Below are positions 7,308 to 14,825 of a stretch of 32,798 nt of DNA, piece after piece; positions within the stretch are counted from its first letter, which is position 1, and each line of letters begins with the position of its first letter. Location of the stretch: the NCBI GenBank assembly GCA_043736435.1, contig JAYTCP010000536.1:1-32798 (forward strand), given 5' to 3'. The notes beneath the pieces were generated by a model that searched no databases, was not told the DNA's origin, and saw only the letters and a list, made by a program, of their open reading frames with translations. The stretch comes from Planctomycetia bacterium. Lineage in GTDB: Bacteria > Planctomycetota > PLA2 > JAEUHO01. A program made the translations under genes and the position numbers.

Positions 7308-8399
7308 TCACCGAGGCAAAGCGTCCAGCCATGCGTGGTGTCGCCAGCCTGCCCCGTCGAAGAGCCACCAGCCGTGACTGCCCCAGACGATGTGGACGGC
7401 TCCGTACCTCACGACGTTACGGCGCTCGAGGCTGGCATACGGGGTGCTCACGTGCTCCGCGCGCGCCTCGGCGATCGGTACGGGCGGCCCGCCGGTCTTC
7501 AGGTCGATCGCGAGGATCGTCACCCGTCCGCGCGGGTCGTCGCCGACGCGCCCCGCGGGCAGCGCGGCGTAGGCGATGCCGCGCTCGATCGCGAAGACCT
7601 GATGCCAGTACGGGAGCTCGCGCGCGGGCCCCCCCGCGAGCGAGAGGACCTGCGTGAACCCGGCGACGTGCTCGGGGCCCAGGGCGCGCACATACTGGAA
7701 CTCCGGCACGCCGAGCTCCGTCCGCCGTCCGGTCTTCGTGTCGAGCACGTCATGACCGCACGCCACCAGGTCGCCTCGGACGTGAGCGGGCGGCGTGCCC
7801 GAGACCCGGACGGGGCCCCTCGTCACCTGCCGACTCTTGTCCCACAGCAGCTCCCGGCCCGACAGGGGCACGAAGAGCACGGGCCAGGCATCGCCCGAGT
7901 CGGACTGCTGCACGCAGAGCCCGCGCCGGTCGCCGCGCAGGACGTGGTAGAGCGCTTTCCCGTGGCGGATCGGTCGCGCGAGCAGGGGCCCGACGTCGAT
8001 CGGCTCCGCGCCCTCGGCCTTCGCCCACACGAGCGACGTCGAGTACAGAAGGCCCAGGGTGCCGTCCTCGAGCACCGTGGCCACCTTGTGTCCGTGAGTT
8101 CCGCTCGTCCGCGCGACGGGCCGCGTCGCCGCCTCTCCCACGCGCTGGAGCCGGTACGTGCGCACGTGGCTCTGCGCCCGGTTCTGACGGGTGGCCTCGA
8201 TGAGGACGGCGTCCATCCACACGAGCCAGTCGTCGTCCGCGTAGAGCAGCTCCACCTTCGTTGGATCGAAGGCCGGCGGGGCCGGCTCGGCGGCCCAGGC
8301 GGGGTCGACCCGAGTGGCGAAGGACAGGGCGAGGAAGGGAAGCGCCGCCCACGCGAGGCGTGTCAAGCCGCCGGCTCGGGAGATCGAGGGAATCCCCAT
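7308..8399 (-). CDS. secreted hypothetical protein
   Basis: ORF 7308..8798 trimmed to in-frame ATG 8399. The signal peptide is MGIPSISRAGGLTRLAWAALPFLALSFATRVDPAWA. Composition is natural and mixed, and beta-rich by eye. No family recognised and no clear SD. Confidence 0.7.
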   Translation of the reverse strand: MGIPSISRAGGLTRLAWAALPFLALSFATRVDPAWAAEPAPPAFDPTKVELLYADDDWLVWMDAVLIEATRQNRAQSHVRTYRLQRVGEAATRPVARTSGTHGHKVATVLEDGTLGLLYSTSLVWAKAEGAEPIDVGPLLARPIRHGKALYHVLRGDRRGLCVQQSDSGDAWPVLFVPLSGRELLWDKSRQVTRGPVRVSGTPPAHVRGDLVACGHDVLDTKTGRRTELGVPEFQYVRALGPEHVAGFTQVLSLAGGPARELPYWHQVFAIERGIAYAALPAGRVGDDPRGRVTILAIDLKTGGPPVPIAEARAEHVSTPYASLERRNVVRYGAVHIVWGSHGWWLFDGAGWRHHAWLDALPR

Positions 8400-8584
8400 G
8401 GCGCACCCGATGTTGGCACGGAGCGGCGCAGGGGTGTGTCCGAACTCCGTACGAACTGAGGGAAGAGGGCCGGCAGCGCTCGAGCCTGGTGACGTCGTCG
8501 GACCCCTCCCCAGGTAAAGCGACGGGCCGTCGCGCAGGCCCGGCCCCCGCCGCCCCCACCCTCCTCCCGCGGGGTCGGGATCCG

Positions 8585-8590
8585 TAGAAT
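8585..8590 (+). promoter_or_regulatory. possible -10 element TAGAAT
   Basis: An AT-rich hexamer matching TATAAT at 5 of 6 positions, in a GC-rich divergent intergenic region. It lies 55 nt upstream of ATG 8646. No convincing -35 element. Confidence 0.25.
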
Positions 8591-8645
8591 GCCGGGCAGG
8601 CGTCCGCCCCGCATCGACGCGTGCTCCAGTCCTCGGGAGGTCCCC

Positions 8646-8918
8646 ATGATCCGCTTGTTCGTCCGCCACAAGGTAGGTGACTTCGCCGCGTGGAAGCGCG
8701 GGTTCGACGCCTTCGACGCGACGCGCCGCAAGCTCGGCGTGCGGGACGCCGCGGTCTTCCGCGGGGCCGTGGAGGCGGGCGACGTGACGATCTGGCACGA
8801 CTTCGACACGATCCAGGCGGCCCAGGCCTTCGTGAAGTCGCCCGAGCTAGCGCTCGCCATGAAGAGCGCCGGCGTCGTCGGCGAGCCCCAGATCTGGTTC
8901 GTCTCGCGGGAGCTGTAG
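8646..8918 (+). CDS. small ABM/dimeric alpha-beta-barrel-like protein (putative)
   Basis: ORF 8589..8918 trimmed to ATG 8646, with GGGAGG 5 nt upstream. The 90-aa product 'MIRLFVRHKVGDFAAWKRGFDAFDATRRKLGV...IWHDFDTIQAAQAFV' resembles small monooxygenase/cyclase-like barrel proteins. The assignment is from memory. Confidence 0.7.
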   Translation: MIRLFVRHKVGDFAAWKRGFDAFDATRRKLGVRDAAVFRGAVEAGDVTIWHDFDTIQAAQAFVKSPELALAMKSAGVVGEPQIWFVSREL

Positions 8919-8952
8919 GAGAGGCGGGCCGGTCCCCGGTCGCCGCTCCCGC

Positions 8953-9495
8953 GTGCCCCTCTTCGCCGACTACGAGCCGCTGCGACACGGCGCGCCGACG
9001 CCCACGGGGCTGACGACGCGTCCGGCCACCCGGGACGATCTCCCCGTCCTCGCGGCGATTCGCGCCGCCCGCGACGACATGCCGGTGGAGGCGGCCGCGG
9101 AGGTCTTCGCGCGTCAGCTCATGTCCGCCGAGGCGGGCCTCGCCCTGGTGCTCGTCGCCGCGCTCGAAGGCGTGCCCGTGGGCTACGGCGTCGTCGGCCG
9201 GCCCGGCAAACCAGGGCTGCCCGAGGGCTGGTACCTGTCCGGCGTGGTCGTCGCGCCCGCGCACCGGCGGCAGGGCATCGGCGCGCGCCTGACGGAGGGG
9301 CGTCTCGACTGGGTCGGCGCACGCGATCGGAGAGCGTACTACTTCACGAACGAGCGCAACCGGGTTTCGATCGACCTGCACGCCCGCTTCGGCTTCCGGG
9401 AGCTCGTTCGGGACCTTCGGGTGCCCGGGATCACCTTCTCGAACGGGGTGGGGCTGCTGTTCGGCGTCGACCTCCCGGTGCCATCGGGCGGGTGA
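8953..9495 (+). CDS. GNAT family N-acetyltransferase
   Basis: 180-aa ORF with a GTG start. The acetyl-CoA motif is 'VVVAPAHRRQGIGARLTE' (R/Q-x-x-G-x-G/A), followed by a C-terminal 'FYARFGF'-like block, 'LHARFGFRE'. Confidence 0.85.
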   Translation: MPLFADYEPLRHGAPTPTGLTTRPATRDDLPVLAAIRAARDDMPVEAAAEVFARQLMSAEAGLALVLVAALEGVPVGYGVVGRPGKPGLPEGWYLSGVVVAPAHRRQGIGARLTEGRLDWVGARDRRAYYFTNERNRVSIDLHARFGFRELVRDLRVPGITFSNGVGLLFGVDLPVPSGG

Positions 9496-9514
9496 GGATC
9501 TCGGCGGGACCCGA

Positions 9515-10804
9515 TCACTTCGGCGGATCTCGTGGGGGCGGCGGGGGCCGTCCCGGCGTGGTCGGCGGCGGGCGTGGAGCCGAGGGCGGCTGAGGGGTCG
9601 GCGTGACCGGGCGGTCCTTCGGCGCGTCCACGGGGCTCGGCGTCTCGGGACGGTAGACCTCGGACGAGCGCAGCAGGAACAGGAGCGCGAACGCCGACGA
9701 GAGCACGTCGCTCCGCGCGGGGAAGCGCGTCTCGTTCGACCGGTACGAACCGATCCCGAAGCCCCCGTCCTTCTCCTGCATCGCGAGCAGCCCCCGCGCT
9801 CCCTGCTCGTACCACCCGACGTCGCCGATCCTCTCGATGCCGGCGAAGACGGCGGCCTTCTCGAGCGCGTAGAGCCCGTAGTAGCTCCACCGCTCGCCCT
9901 CGTAGCTCCAGCTGCCGTCCCGACCAGCGGCGAGCGACTCGAGGATCGCGGCGGCGTCGCGTCGCAGGGCGCCGAGTCCGATCGTCTTGGCGGCGAGGAG
10001 GCCCTTCGCGAGCTCGGGCTCGCCCGACAGGTCCCCGAGGTGCTCCTCGCAGAGGAGAAGGTTCGCCATGCCCATGAAGGTGCCGGTCGAGTAGCCGGGC
10101 AGCGCGGGATTCGGCACGTACGCCCAGGAGCCCGCCTTCGTCTGCGTGGCGACGAGCCCCTTCGCGTGTCGCACCCACAGGTCCCTCGGCGCCTCGAACC
10201 CACGGCGAGCGGCCGCCCACAGGCCCAGCGCCGCGAACTGCGTCGTCGAGAGCTGCACGAAGTCCGGCACGGAGGGGACGATGAAGCCGTCGAGGCGGCC
10301 GCAGTACCCGAACCAGCCCGTGCGCGCGTCGATCGCCGAGGCGATCCCCTTCCCGATCGTCTCGTGGATCTTGGGGTAGGAGCCGTCGGCCATGAGCAGC
10401 ATCGACGCGAGGCCTGCCGTGTAGACGAAGTTGACCGCCTCGTCCCGGGGCTTCTGGCGCACGAAGAGGAAGCGCATCGCCTTGTCCGTCACCTCGCGGG
10501 CCGCCGGCGTGCCCGCGTGGCGCACGGCGAGCGCCGAGATCGTCGTCAGCGCCGTGCGGCTGCCCCAGCCGCCGGCCCACGCGCCCGGGTCGAGGAAGGA
10601 CCCGTCGGAGATCTGCTTCGCGGCAAACCATGCGACCGCTCGATCGATGGCGCGGTGGACGTCCGCGCGGAGTGCGTCGTCGATGCCGACGGACTTGAGC
10701 CGGCGCTCGGTCTCCTCGGTGTCGGCGCGGACGGAGGTCGGCGACCCTGCGAGGGCGGCGAGGAGGAGGAAGAAGGCGATGGGAGTGGCGCGCACGCGCA
10801 TCAT
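9515..10804 (-). CDS. secreted prenyltransferase/squalene-oxidase-repeat (alpha/alpha-toroid) protein with Pro-rich C-terminal tail
   Basis: ORF 9515..12940 trimmed to in-frame ATGATG at 10804. The signal peptide is MMRVRATPIAFFLLLAALAGSPTSVRA. It has repeated 'Q..DGSW/DGGF' toroid motifs: AKQISDGSF, TQTKAGSWAY, GRDGSWSY and MQEKDGGFG. The tail is PPSAPRPPPTTPGRPPPPPRDPPK. Confidence 0.8.
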   Translation of the reverse strand: MMRVRATPIAFFLLLAALAGSPTSVRADTEETERRLKSVGIDDALRADVHRAIDRAVAWFAAKQISDGSFLDPGAWAGGWGSRTALTTISALAVRHAGTPAAREVTDKAMRFLFVRQKPRDEAVNFVYTAGLASMLLMADGSYPKIHETIGKGIASAIDARTGWFGYCGRLDGFIVPSVPDFVQLSTTQFAALGLWAAARRGFEAPRDLWVRHAKGLVATQTKAGSWAYVPNPALPGYSTGTFMGMANLLLCEEHLGDLSGEPELAKGLLAAKTIGLGALRRDAAAILESLAAGRDGSWSYEGERWSYYGLYALEKAAVFAGIERIGDVGWYEQGARGLLAMQEKDGGFGIGSYRSNETRFPARSDVLSSAFALLFLLRSSEVYRPETPSPVDAPKDRPVTPTPQPPSAPRPPPTTPGRPPPPPRDPPK

Positions 10805-10890
10805 GGAAACGTCGTCGGGCGGGGCGTGCCTCGCGGGGTGGGGCCAAGTGGGGGATCCGACGGCCTCGCGGCCGTCGGCGACCTGCGAGC

Positions 10891-13005
10891 CTACTTCCGC
10901 GCGGCAAGCCTCGCCACGACCTCCGCCGCCAGGACCTGTCGCTCCGCCGGCAGCTTGGCGTAGAGGTCGGCGAACCGCCGCGCGTTCTCGGGCGAAGCCG
11001 CCACGTACGTCGACAGGCCCCGAAGCACGTCGGCGCGCTCGTGCGCCTGCCCGTCGAGGTGCTTGAGGGCGGTCGGGAGCCACTCCCGGTCGGCGTAGCG
11101 GTCCATCAATCGTTCGAGCTTCGCGGTCGTCAGCTGGTCGGGCTCGATGCGGCCCGTGACGTGGCGCTCGAGGAAGGCGTCCCGCGTCCAGCGCACGTTG
11201 TACTTCTGGTGGTCCATCTGGGGCTCGGGGGCGCCCTCGTCGAGGATCGCGATGGACCAGCGCCTGCCGGAGCTCACGGGGAGCTCGATCGTCTTGCGCG
11301 TCTCCGCGCCCGCGGAGACGGCTCGCCGGACGACGCCGGCGGGCATGGGCACGACGACGACCTCGTAGTCCGACTCGGGCAGCAGGTCCGTCAGGCGGCG
11401 CCGCCCCTCCGCGCTCGTCATGAGCCCCGCCGGCTCCATGGTCATGCCCACGGGGAAGTCGGACGCGGCGAAGGGACGGACCCAGCGCTCGCCGATCTGG
11501 TCGATCGGCACCAGCATGTCGGCGGTCGTCCAGACCGCCGAGACGGGGCAGGTGATCGTCGACAGGTGCGCGAGCGGCGAGTGGAGGTACCAGGTCCGCT
11601 CGTTCACGTCCTCGCCGTAGACCTTCAGGCACGGTTCGATCGCGGGGCGGATGGCGAACAGCGCGGGCACCTTGGCCCACAGGCCGTCCTTCTGGTGGAG
11701 CAGGTAGGCGGCGTTGTAGCCCCAGTTCATCGGCGCCACGTCGGGGGCGACGCCCGCGAGCGGAAACGTCTCGGCCGCGAGCATGAGGGCCATCCAGCCC
11801 CCCGCGCTCCCGCCGACGAGGATCACGCGCGCGTCGTCCACGAAGGGAAGCGCGCGCACCGCGTGGAGCAGGGCGACGTCGGCATTGGGCGTGCGCGCCA
11901 GGGGGATGCGATCGAGGCCCGCGGGCGTCGCGACGGCGTAGCCCTTCTCCACCCAACCCGCCGCCGAGACGTCGTCGAGCTCGTAGCCCGCCGAGTAGAC
12001 GAGCGGCACGCGCGCACCCTTCCGCACGGTCTCGGGGAGGTAGAGCTTCCCTTTCGCCGGCACCTCGAGGGTGTCGGTGTCGCGGTACGCGTACGCGACC
12101 TCGGCCTTCCCGACGCGCACGCTCGCGCCTGTCACCACGCTCGCTGCGACGACCTCGAGCCGGTTCGCCGCCGGTGCGTCCGGGCCGCGCAGGGCCTCCG
12201 CGATCCACGTGGGCCCCCGGAACGCGGCCCCGCCGTCCTCGGCCACCCCGCCCGCGAGGCGGATCGACCCCCACGCCGTGGCGTGGTCGAAGTCGATGCC
12301 GTAGAGCCCGCCGGCCGCGGTCTCCTTCGAGTCGGCGCGGAAGCCGTCGATGAACGCGACGTTGAACGCGAAGGCCTCGCCGGGTTTCGCCCGCAGATCC
12401 TCGGGGTCCTTCCCGTCGAGGGGTAGGGCCCACTCGAACGTGTACTTGCCCTTCTCCCACGCCGCGGCGCCCCGACCGTCCTGCTGGGCGTCGTCGGCGT
12501 CCTTCCCCGGCTCGGTGACGTGCTTGTCGACGTAGAAGCCGAGCGCCAGCACCTTCCGGTCGTCGCCCGCGGCCACGTCCCGCCCCTTGCAGAAGTTGAG
12601 GCTCGCCAGGTCGATCTCGACGGGATCGATGCTCTTGTGGACGACCGCCTGCGGGACCCTCAGGGAGACGTACAGGGCGTTCGCCGAGTTCATCACCCGC
12701 AGCTCGCACGCTCGCTTCCCCTTCCCCGCGAAGGGCTTCAGCCGCATCATCGCCATGTCGAACTTGAGGGTCGTCGCCTCCTTCCACTCGTCGGGGTCGA
12801 GCACGCCGTCGATCGAGGGCGGGATCGTGCACCGTCCCGAGGAGATCGTCTCCGGGGCGGCCGCCGCGACCTGTGCGGAAGACGGGGCGAGCGCGAGGGC
12901 GAAGAGGGCCGTGACCGGCGCGAGGCGCACGCCGATCCATCGCGCGCGCCCTCTCCGGCGAACCCTCGTCACTCGTTCGATCGGGGGCATGCGGGCGATG
13001 GACAC
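10891..13005 (-). CDS. secreted CBM9/DOMON-like domain + alpha/beta-hydrolase protein
   Basis: 704-aa ORF. The signal-like N-terminus is RARWIGVRLAPVTALFALALAPSSAQVAAAA. The CBM9-like block is 'IPPSIDGVLDPDEWKEATTL...ALYVSLRVP...FEWALPLD'. The nucleophile elbow is VILVGGSAGGWMA, with candidate Asp (TTADMLVP) and His (QMDHQKY). The start may be GTG 13005, ATG 12990 or GTG 12972. Confidence 0.85.
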   Translation of the reverse strand: MSIARMPPIERVTRVRRRGRARWIGVRLAPVTALFALALAPSSAQVAAAAPETISSGRCTIPPSIDGVLDPDEWKEATTLKFDMAMMRLKPFAGKGKRACELRVMNSANALYVSLRVPQAVVHKSIDPVEIDLASLNFCKGRDVAAGDDRKVLALGFYVDKHVTEPGKDADDAQQDGRGAAAWEKGKYTFEWALPLDGKDPEDLRAKPGEAFAFNVAFIDGFRADSKETAAGGLYGIDFDHATAWGSIRLAGGVAEDGGAAFRGPTWIAEALRGPDAPAANRLEVVAASVVTGASVRVGKAEVAYAYRDTDTLEVPAKGKLYLPETVRKGARVPLVYSAGYELDDVSAAGWVEKGYAVATPAGLDRIPLARTPNADVALLHAVRALPFVDDARVILVGGSAGGWMALMLAAETFPLAGVAPDVAPMNWGYNAAYLLHQKDGLWAKVPALFAIRPAIEPCLKVYGEDVNERTWYLHSPLAHLSTITCPVSAVWTTADMLVPIDQIGERWVRPFAASDFPVGMTMEPAGLMTSAEGRRRLTDLLPESDYEVVVVPMPAGVVRRAVSAGAETRKTIELPVSSGRRWSIAILDEGAPEPQMDHQKYNVRWTRDAFLERHVTGRIEPDQLTTAKLERLMDRYADREWLPTALKHLDGQAHERADVLRGLSTYVAASPENARRFADLYAKLPAERQVLAAEVVARLAARK

Positions 13006-13101
13006 CTCCGAGGGGACGTCGGCGACGCGTCGCCGACGAAGAGCGTACCGGCAGCGCCGCCCCGTGGTTTCACCGGACGGAGTGCGCCACGCCCATGCGC
13101 T

Positions 13102-14016
13102 TCACCTGCCCTCGATGACTCCGACGGCCTCCGCCGCGAGCCGGCGGATGGTGGCGTTCCGGTCCGTGGAGAGGGCTCGCAGCTCCGACAGGGCGCTCGA
13201 GGCGGCCGGGCCGATCCGCCCCAGCGCCTGGACCGCCTCGATGCGTGTCTGGACGTTCTTGGATCGCAGGCACTCGGCGAGGTCCGGGACCGCCTGCACG
13301 GCGACCGATCCCGTGGCCGGAGCGGCCTGGGCCGCCCACTGTCGCGCGCGCTCGTTCTCCCCGCGGAGCCACACCAGGATCTGGGGCATCGCCGCGCGCA
13401 GGTCCTTGCGCAGGGACGCGGACCGACCCATCGTGGTGGCTGCCCACAGATCGAGACTCGCCTCCCCAAGCGCCTGGGCGAGAAGATCGGCGCCCTGCTC
13501 GACAAGACCGTCGAACGCCACCGAGGCCGCGGAAGGGAAGCTCGTCCACTGCCCCGCGTGCTTCGCGATGTCCTCACGCACGGCCGCGATGAGCGGCGCG
13601 ACCGCCTCCCTTCCCGCCGCGGCGAGCACCCTTCCGGCCTCGGCGCGAACCCCCTCGTCCGGGTCGCGGAGCGCCTCGATGGCCCGGGGAATGCACTCCA
13701 CGGCACGCTGGGCGTCGGCGGCGCATGCGGCCAACGCGTCGATCCGCCGTCCCGTCTCCTCGCCCCTCTCCGGCGTCCCGGGGTCGGGCGGGGTCGTCCG
13801 CGGCACGCGTGCGTCGGGCGGACGCGCCGCCCCATCCCGCCGCGGGTCCGCCGCCAGACCGGGCGGCGGTGACTCCGTCGGCGTCGCCGCGCGCTCGTCG
13901 TCCGAGGTCGGGGCCGCGTCGCCTTCTGCCCACGGTCGTGTCCACGCCAGCAGCGCGCCGATCCCGGCGAGGACCGTGCAAGCGACAACGGCACGGGCAC
14001 GGGGCCGGGCGGTCAT
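13102..14016 (-). CDS. membrane-anchored HEAT-repeat protein
   Basis: ORF 13102..14643 trimmed to ATG 14016. It has an N-terminal TM (VVACTVLAGIGALLAW) and a Pro-rich linker. The HEAT-like repeats are 'AIEALRDPDEGVRAEAGRVLAAAG', 'LAECLRSKNVQTRIEAVQALGRIG' and 'LSTDRNATIRRLAAEAVG'. Confidence 0.8.
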   Translation of the reverse strand: MTARPRARAVVACTVLAGIGALLAWTRPWAEGDAAPTSDDERAATPTESPPPGLAADPRRDGAARPPDARVPRTTPPDPGTPERGEETGRRIDALAACAADAQRAVECIPRAIEALRDPDEGVRAEAGRVLAAAGREAVAPLIAAVREDIAKHAGQWTSFPSAASVAFDGLVEQGADLLAQALGEASLDLWAATTMGRSASLRKDLRAAMPQILVWLRGENERARQWAAQAAPATGSVAVQAVPDLAECLRSKNVQTRIEAVQALGRIGPAASSALSELRALSTDRNATIRRLAAEAVGVIEGR

Positions 14017-14066
14017 GCCTCCATTGAACTCCCGGCAGCGCGCGGTGGGGGGGGGACCGATCCGCT

Positions 14067-14723
14067 TCAGGGACTTCTCGGGGGCGCCGGGGGCGCGGGC
14101 AGCAGACCGGGTGCAAGTCCCGCGGCCGCCACCCGTTCGCGTCGCCGACCCCAGAGCCAGAGCGCGACGAGCAGGACCATCGAGGCGAACGAGAGCATGA
14201 GTTTCACGGTCAATAGCCGTTCGAAGGTCCCCTGGGGTCCGCGGGAGCGCCACAGGGGGCTCGTCCAGACCGCCATCTCCACGAAGCCCGTGATGAGGCC
14301 GACCATGCCGACCCAGGGATCCACTCGCTTGTAGGCGACGAGGCCGAGCGCGACGCTGAGCAGGCCGAGGAGCCAGTAGAACCACAGCTGGAACTGGCTC
14401 CGGTTCTGTTCCTCGACGCGCTGGATCGCCCCCCGCAGCTCCTCCTCGGTCCGGTACACCATGTGATTCGTGCGCTTCGCCAGATCGACCTCGTGGAGGG
14501 GCGCTCCCTTCTCGTACTCCTTCTTCCCCGTGTGCGCCTTCGCGTACATCGCCTTGAGCTCCTCGAGGCTCTTCGAGGCCTCGATGTCCTCGTCGACGGG
14601 CTCCCGGAACTCGTCGAGGACGGATCCCTTCGGCTCGATCCACTTCACGTAGACGTGGCGGAACGTCTGCGTGGAGAGGACGAGCATGACGAGGACGAAG
14701 AGCGTCGCCTGGAGTGATCGCAT
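14067..14723 (-). CDS. 4-TM membrane protein with ~90-aa charged loop after TM1
   Basis: ORF 14067..14819 trimmed to ATG 14723, with GAGGA 4 nt upstream. TM1 is LFVLVMLVLSTQTF. A Lys/Glu-rich loop follows, then three closely spaced TMs: LWFYWLLGLLSVALGLVAY, WVGMVGLITGFVEMAVWTSPLW and LLTVKLMLSFASMVLLVALWLW. Confidence 0.75.
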   Translation of the reverse strand: MRSLQATLFVLVMLVLSTQTFRHVYVKWIEPKGSVLDEFREPVDEDIEASKSLEELKAMYAKAHTGKKEYEKGAPLHEVDLAKRTNHMVYRTEEELRGAIQRVEEQNRSQFQLWFYWLLGLLSVALGLVAYKRVDPWVGMVGLITGFVEMAVWTSPLWRSRGPQGTFERLLTVKLMLSFASMVLLVALWLWGRRRERVAAAGLAPGLLPAPPAPPRSP

Positions 14724-14825
14724 GCGTTCCTCAGAACCGTCGGGGCGGGTCTTCCCACGGTCCGCGAAGGTTACGTGAGGGGTGCGGGAGACGCCATGGC
14801 ATTCCCCGCGGACCCACACCGACGA

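Noticed and set aside
8413-8429. TGGCAC-N5-GGCG sequence resembling a sigma54 -24/-12 promoter
   Set aside because: The -12 GC is displaced by one position relative to GG-N10-GC, there is no TTGC element, and the site is 230 nt from the nearest plus-strand start.
7750-10203. 817-aa minus-strand ORF
   Set aside because: The translation is extremely Arg/Pro/Ser-rich. It overlaps four better-supported genes on both strands.
9515-10804. Possible alpha-2-macroglobulin-like thioester site in the secreted toroid protein
   Set aside because: No CxEQ motif is present, and the only similar string is LLCEEHL. The analogy is kept as structural speculation only.
10805-12940. N-terminal 712 codons of track ORF 9515..12940
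   Set aside because: This part is an out-of-frame overlap with the CBM9-hydrolase gene and has an Arg/Gly/Pro/Asp-rich composition. The natural protein starts at the MMRVRATPIAFF signal peptide (10804).
13102-14643. Full 513-aa version of the HEAT-repeat ORF, and the extensions 14724..14819, 8400..8798, 1086..1529 and 31042..31371 of other track ORFs
   Set aside because: The upstream parts overlap neighbouring genes and are Arg/Pro-rich. Each gene was trimmed to the internal start that yields a signal peptide or TM and, in most cases, an SD.
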